From a virus (taxonomy: Duplodnaviria; Caudoviricetes), in IMG/VR virus record IMGVR_UViG_3300028559_000041, positions 1 to 61,620 of that record: 61,620 nt of DNA. One strand, 5' to 3'. The position numbers and the translations under genes were made by a program. This document shows positions 28,568 to 37,200 of this stretch, piece by piece. A model generated the notes under the pieces. That model saw only the letters and a program-made list of their open reading frames with translations, had not been told where the DNA came from and ran no database searches. Numbering within the stretch: position 1 is the first letter of the stretch; each line of letters begins with the position of its first letter.

Positions 28568-29380
28568 ATGCCAGCAAAATCTAAACAACAATTCAAATAT
28601 ATTTGGGCTATGAGAAATAAATATAAATCTAAAAAGAATGCGCCGAAGAGTATGAAGTGGACATTTGATAAAGAATGGACTAAAAATGTTCCTTTTAAAG
28701 AATTACCTACTAAAATAAAAGAATCTTTTAATCATATATTAAACTTTAAATCATTTAATGAGGCGGTAATAGAACCATATGACTTTAGTGAGATAATCAG
28801 TAATATTAAAAATATGAGAAGTATTACAATGTATGAATTAAAAGTTATGTTTAATGATTTAGATGTTGAATTTATAGATATTGACTACTTTAAATCCAAG
28901 TTACAAACAGATAAAGAAATTGAATTAGTACCCGTAAATATGCCACATATTATACCTGGGTTAAGATTTGCAGCTCATAATGTTTATACTAATAAAATGT
29001 ATATCTGTGTAGTTGAAGATAAATTCATAGAAACATTAAATGGGCCAATTAAAAACAATTTATTAGACCTATTAGAAGAAATATTAAGACATGAATCTAT
29101 ACACAAACAACAAGCTGAAAAAAGACCAAATATTCAAATTCGTAATTTGGAAAATTCACCATTACAGATGAAAAAGTATTTTAGTTCCACTGATGAGATT
29201 ATGGCTTATGCTGATTCTTTCATCACACAATGTCGTAAAAGAGGATTAAGTGATGATAGGATAGTGGATTTATTAAAAACTGGTAGAAAAGCTTCTTGGG
29301 TTCAAGATGTTTATAGTAAGATGGACCCTGAGGTTCAAAATAGATTTAGAAAATATGTATATCAATATTTAGATAAATAA
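28568..29380 (+). CDS. zincin-like metallopeptidase with basic N-terminal module
   Basis: LRHESIHKQQ (HExxH) and YFSSTDEIMAYA; internal tag-like HILNFKSFNEA. Confidence 0.6.
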   Translation: MPAKSKQQFKYIWAMRNKYKSKKNAPKSMKWTFDKEWTKNVPFKELPTKIKESFNHILNFKSFNEAVIEPYDFSEIISNIKNMRSITMYELKVMFNDLDVEFIDIDYFKSKLQTDKEIELVPVNMPHIIPGLRFAAHNVYTNKMYICVVEDKFIETLNGPIKNNLLDLLEEILRHESIHKQQAEKRPNIQIRNLENSPLQMKKYFSSTDEIMAYADSFITQCRKRGLSDDRIVDLLKTGRKASWVQDVYSKMDPEVQNRFRKYVYQYLDK

Positions 29381-29408
29381 AAAAACCCACTCATTTGAGT
29401 GGGTTTTT
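29379..29408. terminator. bidirectional terminator, ACCCACTCA family copy 1
   Basis: AAAACCCACTCATTTGAGTGGGTTTT. Confidence 0.85.
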
Positions 29409-29409
29409 A

Positions 29410-30057
29410 TTACATTGTAATTTTTTCATCAACCTCGTCTAATATATCACCATTACCATCTAATGTAAGAGCCCACTCAGCAATATCTTTTGTTAGATTC
29501 TTAGCATTAGCATCATAGTAACTTACTAATTTAGATATCTCTCCAATTCTTAATAGAATTTTTGAAAAAGTATAAGTTTCCTTAGTAATACCCTTAACTT
29601 TATAAGTTTGAATTAAATGATAAATATATGTTATTTCAGTCGCATTACAAGCGAATGACTTAATTTGACTATCATCATTATACTTAGTACCGTGCATTGA
29701 TGCTAATAGTTCTGTAAGTTCAATTGCTATAAAGATATTATCCACACCATACTCCAATTTCTTTAAAAGAATATCTGTTAGTAATGTATATTGTGATCTA
29801 TCTAAATTAAAATTGAATTTAACAACTCTTAGATCCTGTTGGTAAGATTTCCACATAACTTGAGCGTTAGCGTAATCCATATCTTTTTGTTCATCTGTTT
29901 TACCTACACCATTTGTGTTCGACATGAAGTTTCTGATAGAATCTATATTACTATCCAATCTTATCTCGGAATCAACATCTAAAATTCTCACATCAACTCC
30001 TTCGATTGAAAATGAGATTTCAGGTTTAACTGTGTTTACTTCTAATTTTTCTGACAT
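29410..30057 (-). CDS. hypothetical protein
   Basis: 215-aa ORF. Confidence 0.7.
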   Translation of the reverse strand: MSEKLEVNTVKPEISFSIEGVDVRILDVDSEIRLDSNIDSIRNFMSNTNGVGKTDEQKDMDYANAQVMWKSYQQDLRVVKFNFNLDRSQYTLLTDILLKKLEYGVDNIFIAIELTELLASMHGTKYNDDSQIKSFACNATEITYIYHLIQTYKVKGITKETYTFSKILLRIGEISKLVSYYDANAKNLTKDIAEWALTLDGNGDILDEVDEKITM

Positions 30058-30064
30058 CTTTTAA

Positions 30065-30307
30065 TTAAATTTTTATTCTCATTTTTTCTGAGTCGAATAT
30101 GGATTCAAGTGTGGTTAGTTTATCCGTTGCATTAGCTAAAACCTCGATCCATCTATCATGTTCTGCTAATAAATCTGAGTGTTCTCCAATAGCAGCCATA
30201 TTTTTTGAAGAAAAGTATAATGCTAAGTTTGCTTTAGCTTCTTCAATTTGTGCTTCATAACGCTTTTTTAAAGCGTTATAATAATTTAGTGTTAGTGTAT
30301 TTTCCAT
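30065..30307 (-). CDS. small hypothetical phage protein (A.IGEHSD motif)
   Basis: 80-aa ORF with AAIGEHSDL. Confidence 0.65.
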   Translation of the reverse strand: MENTLTLNYYNALKKRYEAQIEEAKANLALYFSSKNMAAIGEHSDLLAEHDRWIEVLANATDKLTTLESIFDSEKMRIKI

Positions 30308-30311
30308 AATT

Positions 30312-30737
30312 TTATGCTATAAATTCTTCTTTTCCGTCTTTTACTTGTTGTTGATAAAGTTCTTCAACTTGATTAGCTCTAGCAACTTTATCTACTCCAT
30401 ATTTAGTAATTAATGATGAAAAAGTTGTTAAATCCGGCTTAATCATTTTAATTTTTCCAGATTGTGTATCAATGGATATTTTATCAATCTCTTGTTCAAT
30501 AAGAATTGTAATAGATTCATCCTCAAAAACTGACATCAAATCTTCATTAACCTGAACAATTAATTCCTTATTAAGGAGGAAAATATATTGGTCTGATAAT
30601 TTAGAAATTTTAATCAACGACTTTTGATTCTCACAACCAACAAACTGAAAATTAATGGCTAATGGAAAGCTTTTTTTATTAAAAACCTTTAAAAAAACAT
30701 CCTTTGTGTCTTGTGACACTTCATAAAATTTACTCAT
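30312..30737 (-). CDS. hypothetical protein
   Basis: 141-aa ORF. Confidence 0.65.
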   Translation of the reverse strand: MSKFYEVSQDTKDVFLKVFNKKSFPLAINFQFVGCENQKSLIKISKLSDQYIFLLNKELIVQVNEDLMSVFEDESITILIEQEIDKISIDTQSGKIKMIKPDLTTFSSLITKYGVDKVARANQVEELYQQQVKDGKEEFIA

Positions 30738-30747
30738 ATGTATTTAT

Positions 30748-31182
30748 TTATATTATTTTAATTAGTAAAATTATTAATGAGATTAATGATATTAATCCTA
30801 AAATTGGCAACAATCTCATATAAATTATAGTATTATATTTAACAGAATTAAAAGGTTTAAATCCAATCACAACCAAAAATGAATACTTATCAACTCGCTT
30901 TACAGGTTCATAAAAATCATAAATCTCTGATAAACCAATTGAATTTAAAAACTCGGATAGCTTATTGATATACTCACGTATATAGGTTTGTGAAATTGTC
31001 TCAATGTCTTGTTTCCTTGTAGTATAAGGTTCGTCAAATAGATCTTCTGGAATATTAATAACAGTATATAATCTTGAAGCTCTATCTATTTTAATATTAA
31101 AATCACCAGTTAGTCTGATATAATTTTTTCTTAGGGAAGATTTATAAGACCAAAAAAGACGTATTTTGCTAAAAATATTCAT
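30748..31182 (-). CDS. membrane protein with C-terminal TM helix
   Basis: LLPILGLISLISLIILLIKII. Confidence 0.65.
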   Translation of the reverse strand: MNIFSKIRLFWSYKSSLRKNYIRLTGDFNIKIDRASRLYTVINIPEDLFDEPYTTRKQDIETISQTYIREYINKLSEFLNSIGLSEIYDFYEPVKRVDKYSFLVVIGFKPFNSVKYNTIIYMRLLPILGLISLISLIILLIKII

Positions 31183-31250
31183 TACTTGCTTATATCTATT
31201 ATTTAAATAAATGTTTATTTAAATTTAAATAATAACAGTCAATAAAATTT

Positions 31251-34200
31251 TTAACTAAAATCGAACCAAGATCCCTTATCTTCTTTTGGTTTGATACTTT
31301 CAATATATTCCATCAAGGTACCTTTAGATCCAACAACACTAGCAATATCAGCCATAATTGTAACTAATTTATCCATAGTCGCTTTTGATTGATTATCAGT
31401 GGCAGCTTTACTTACATCTGTACCACTTGATGGTCTGTTTACTGAACCCATACTAACAACACCAGTAGAACGAACACTACCAGATGATGATGGTGCTGAT
31501 GGTGCTGATGATTTGGTCTTAGAATCATTTATTAATCCATTAAATACTTGAGATTTAGATTCTAATTTTGACATCATAGTCTCAAATTGATTTGGATCCA
31601 TCATAGATAATAAAACAACATTACTGGTTAGAGTTCTTATAGACTCTAGTTTTTTAGCATCTATAACATCAACACTTTTAGTAAATCTATCTATTGCTAT
31701 ACCAAGTCTATCAAAAGCTCTTGTTAATAAATCGATATTACCAATAGCTGAAATAATACCAGTATTCTTACCTATACCAGATCCTAAATTTTTGAAATCT
31801 AATAATTTGAGTATATTTCCAAATTTAGACAGAGCTACTATAGTACCGTTTGCCCAACTAACAGTTGGAAACTTTGTCCAATTTCCTGATTTAAATCTAG
31901 AATCAACAAATAACATTAGGTCAATTACTTTAGCTATTTTATTTTTCTCTGTCTCCTCATCTTTAGGAAATAAATAATCCATCATACTACTGTTGAATTT
32001 CAAATTCATGAATCCCTGTAATGCTTTAGGAACACCCGACGCCCAATCAAGACTCGGAAAAGATGTATATTTACCCATTGATAAATATCCTGATATAGCT
32101 GATATTGTTTTTGAAATGTTAAGTATCTTCAATAATCCAGTATTAAGACTCGATAGACCATATTTTTTATCAACAGACATTGATAATTCACCAAATCTAT
32201 TTACTAACAATTCAGTTGCTTCTATCCAAGATAATTCTGGATATTTAGAATATTTTCCAGATGATATCTTATTAGAAACATCTACTATATTTTTAATAAT
32301 AGTACTAATTTTAAAAGATCCTAGTAATAATCCTTCTGTAGTGAAAGATTTATTAACAGACATAATCAAAGATCCATACTTCATAATAGACTTTGATATA
32401 TTATCAATCCAGGATGTTGGTGGATAATCTTTATATCTACCTAATTCTACCAATTTATCTATCTTTAATATAGAAATTGTTAAATTTTCAATTTTTTTAC
32501 TATCGGATAGGTTGGTCTTACCACCTATAATCTTTATAAGATCAGCAAATTTACTTAATGTTTTGGAAGTAGAATCTATCCAATTATCTGGTATCTCAGC
32601 AAATTTAATTTTTGATAAACTAAATGACAATTTTTGAAGTTGATTTGGTAATAGATATACTTTAATCATATCCTTATTGGTAATAGATCTAACCTTTTTA
32701 ACAATAGATGTAATACTATCAATAGCCTTTTCAAAACTTGACATGTAATCTTTCGGCATACTAACATCATATTTACCAGTTGATATAATATTAGAAATGT
32801 CTCTAATATTATTAGCTAAAGATAACATCGTAGCAAATTTATTTACAGGTTCTTCAATATCAGATGTTTTATTCAATAATTTAACGAAACTTGAAATTAG
32901 ACTAGTTGATTCCTTTTCATATTTCAAAAACTTAGTCTCATACTTACCAGCTGATAGAATAATGGATACTTGTTTAATATTCATAGATAAATCTTCCAAA
33001 GTGGTAAATTTCTTCTTGGCGTCTTCCAAATCAGATAATTTATCATATAAACTTAAAAAACTTGAAATCAACTTAGTTGCGGATTTATCAAATTCAAAAA
33101 ATTTAGTATCATATAAACCAGTTGCTAAAGTGTCGGATACACTTTTAATACCTTTAGCAATTTCAACAACTGCAATATTCTTCTCCTTGATAACATCAAC
33201 ATCAGTCTCCAAATCATCATTGTTAAATAAATCTATAAACTGTTTGTAAATCACACTAATAGATTTACCCCATTTAGCATCTATCTCATATCCATAATTA
33301 CCACCAAATAATGTTGTAGATGCGTCCTTTATTGCTAAGGCAATATCTTTAATTGCAGATTTTAACTTTTGAGCTGCCTCTCCCGCGTCTGAAAACCAAC
33401 CTGAATTTTCACTAAGATATTGGAAAACAGGTGAGAAGGCACTAATCGCCTGACCAACATTTTGACCCCACTCAGCACTAGGTACCTTGCTAAGATCAAA
33501 AACTGCATCCTTTGAAGCTGCTCCGAAAACACCAGCTGCCTCAATTATACCGCCAGAAATCGTAACAATTGCTTCTTTAAATGCCGCAATCGGAGGACCA
33601 CTACCGAAAAGACTTGTTGTTTCAGAAACCGCAGTGAAGACTGGAGCGAATGCTGCTATTGCTTGACCTACACCCTTCGCCCATGTTTCACTAGGACCTC
33701 CTTTCCAAATATCCTTAGCAGCTCCCAAATTTATGGCAGCCGTTGCTAAACCACCAGCGATAACTTCTATAGCTGAACTGAACTCTGTGACTGATACTCC
33801 TAAATCTACAGCCTTTCCTGATCCACCAAATAACTTTCCTATTTTACCAACAATTTTCCCTCCCAGGTTCATTACTTTTTGCTTTTGAAGCATATTATAG
33901 ACTTCAGAAAAAGCACCAATAGCTAACCCTACACTTTTGGCCCATTCTTCTTTTGGACCTCCTTCAAATTTAACACCTCCTAGGGTAGTAGCGGCAGTAG
34001 CTATACCAGTAGATATAGATCCTATAGCTGATGAAAAAGCTTCGACAGTGACACCTAGATCTTTACTAAAAAAGCTCATGATTTTAGATTTCTCCATCAT
34101 ATCATATACTATGGAGAAAGCGCCAATTGCAATACCTACACTTTTAGCCCAAGCTTCTGTTGGACCACCTGTAAAGTTACCACTTGATAATTCATCACCA

Positions 34201-37200
34201 GCTATTTTTATTGCTTCTGATATACTTCTTATCGAAGCAGTGAATGTTTCTCCACCAACTTTTCCACCAGTAAACAAACTCAGTATTTGAGAACTCATCA
34301 TCATTTTATAAACACTTGAAAAAGATCCAAGTGCTAATCCAATACCTTTTGACCATTCAACTTTCGGACCACCAGTATATGAACCAGTACTCAAAATTGT
34401 ATCAGCATCTACTATTGACTGTGAAATATCCTTAATCGCATCAATTCCAGCCTTGATTGGATTTTTAACCAATCCAAAAGTAATACCCTCAAGTGCTCCA
34501 CCTCCTGAACTAATTGCACCTAGTGTCACAACGGCAGTACCAAAAAGAAGTAGAGTTTTAGCAACTCCTGAGATCCATTGATCTGTTGGAAAGTTACCAT
34601 AATCACCATCCGCTAAAATTGAACTTGTTTCAACTATAATACCGGATATTTTTCTCACCGCATCTATACCAGCATCTATAGGATTTTTAACCAATCCGAA
34701 TGTTATACCCTCAAGAAGACCACCACCAGCTGAGATAGCACCTAATGTAACAACGGCAGTACCAAAAAGAAGTAGAGTTTTAGCAACTGAACCTATCCAG
34801 TCATTGGAAGGAAAAGTCGTATATGACCCACTTGATAATATTTTATCTGTGGCAACAATAGTGGCAGCAAGACCTAGAATAGCCAAAGCACCAAGTGCCA
34901 TAGCACCAGCGGCTAAACCACCAGTAGCCAAGATCAACTCACCTATTGCTAATGAAGCAACTCCGAATGCCACCAATGTTAGTCCAACTCCTAGTGACCA
35001 ACCGACAGTAGGATATTTACTATAATCACCCATAGACAATATTTGACTAGTGAGTGCAATAGCGGCTCCTAAAACGACAATAGCAACAGCTCCTATGAGG
35101 AACTCCTTTACACCAATTTTCTTGATCAAAAATCCAAGACCACCCGCAACTAATCCAAAGACACTAATTGTAAATGCGGTAGATAGTGTCCATATAGCTT
35201 CTGGAAATTTACTATAATCGCCCATAGATAGTATTTGAGAAGTCAATGCGATCGTTATTGCTAAGGCAACTATAACAAGAGAAGCCTTAATCATATCTTT
35301 TTGAGAAATATTTTTGGTTATCTTTGTTATAGCTAATGCAACAGCCGCTAATGAAACTAACACTAATGATAATTTGATAAACGAACCAAATTGTGAATTT
35401 GATATATTCGGTATTAATTTTATAAGTAATGATGCTGCAAGAATACCAACAGCCATTGCGACTAGAATTAACCCACCTTTTACCATATCTTTAGCTGATA
35501 TTCCTCTAGTATTCTTCACAATAAATTTAACAGCAAATGACAGAGCTACAAAGATTATAGAAATCATTATTGATGCAAAAAATTGTTGTAATCCAATTGG
35601 CTTAACATTACGAATAAATTGAGATGACTCCATTATTGCATATGACATCGCAATGAGTATTATTGGAGCAAATATTGCCGCTTTGGTTATATCAACCAAA
35701 CTTATTTTATCAAGTGCCTTGACAATTTGTTTAATTCCAAAAGAAAGTACAACAAAAACAAGAGATATAACAACTGATGCGAAAAATTGTTGAAAACCAA
35801 CTGGTTTAACATTACGAATGAATTCTGATGATTTCATTATCGCATATGAAATACCTATAAGTATTATAGGACCAATGATCGCAAAGGCAAGTGCCTCCAT
35901 TGGACTTATTTTATCAAAGGCTTTCAACATTTTTCCAAGACCAAATCCAACCAGGGCGAAAACTCCAGCAATAACAATAGAACTGAATGCCTGTTGGAAT
36001 CCGATAGGCTTAACATTACGAATGAAGTCTGATGACTTCATTATAGCATATGAAACTCCAATGAGAACAATTGGCATAAGAGCGGCTGCTACCAGAGCAG
36101 CAACTGGACTAATTCCTTTAAAAGCACCAATTAATTTTCCAAGACTCAATGAGATAATAGCAAATGTTGCAGCGATAACAATTGTTGAGAAAGCTTGTTG
36201 AAATCCAATTGGCTTAACATTACGAATGAAGTCTGATGACTTCATTATAGCATATGAAACGGCAACTAAAACAATAGGCATTAAAAGTGCTGCAATTACT
36301 GCAGTAACAGGACTTATCTTACCCAAGGCACCAATCAGTTTTCCCATCTGTGTAGATATGATGGCAAAAGCACCAGCAATAACAATTGTTGAGAAAGCTT
36401 GAGCCATTCCTATTGGCTTAACCTTAGATAGTATAAAAGATGTAAGAAGAATAGCACCCGCCATTATTACAAGAGACAATGAAACCATTGCCATCTCTCT
36501 TGGTGTAGTTTTAACCTTCGATATTTTCTCAAAAGCAATTGCAACTAAAGGTAAAGCAACTGCCAAGGCAAGTACAGAAGCAACATTAATACCACCAACT
36601 ATTTTAAATGCTAATCCAATCGCAACTATACCAACTGCCATCAATAATAACAATTTAACACCGTCTCCTATTGCCTTCTTCTGTTCTTCAGAAAATAATC
36701 CCTTCTTCTTTTTTTCTTCACCTTCTTTAGAAACAGTCTCAACACTAGGTCTAGACATATCTTTCGCAGCCGATTTTTTAACATCAGGTGATTTAGATCT
36801 AGAATCCTTTATATCAGCCGGACCTTTAGCCGCTTTTCTTCGACCAATAACTGTAGCTGCAGAGTTAGATCCCAATAATTCGGATCCATCGCCAAATGAA
36901 ACAATAGCAACCGGAATAACTGGTAATCCAGACCATGAACCTCCCTTAGCAGGAGGATTCATAGCAGGTGGAGATCCAGGCGGAGTAGTTGGTCTGACTA
37001 TACTTGTCGTGACTGCTGGTCTAACTGGACCAACTGGAGTGGAACCAACTGGAGTGGATGGACCAACTGGAGTAATAGGACTACCTGGAACGATAGGAGA
37101 TACAGTTGGAGTAGGTGGTCTAACTATACTTGTTGTGACTGCTGGTCTAATTGAACTAGCTGGAGTAATAGGACTAGCTGGTGTGATAGGACTAGCTGGT

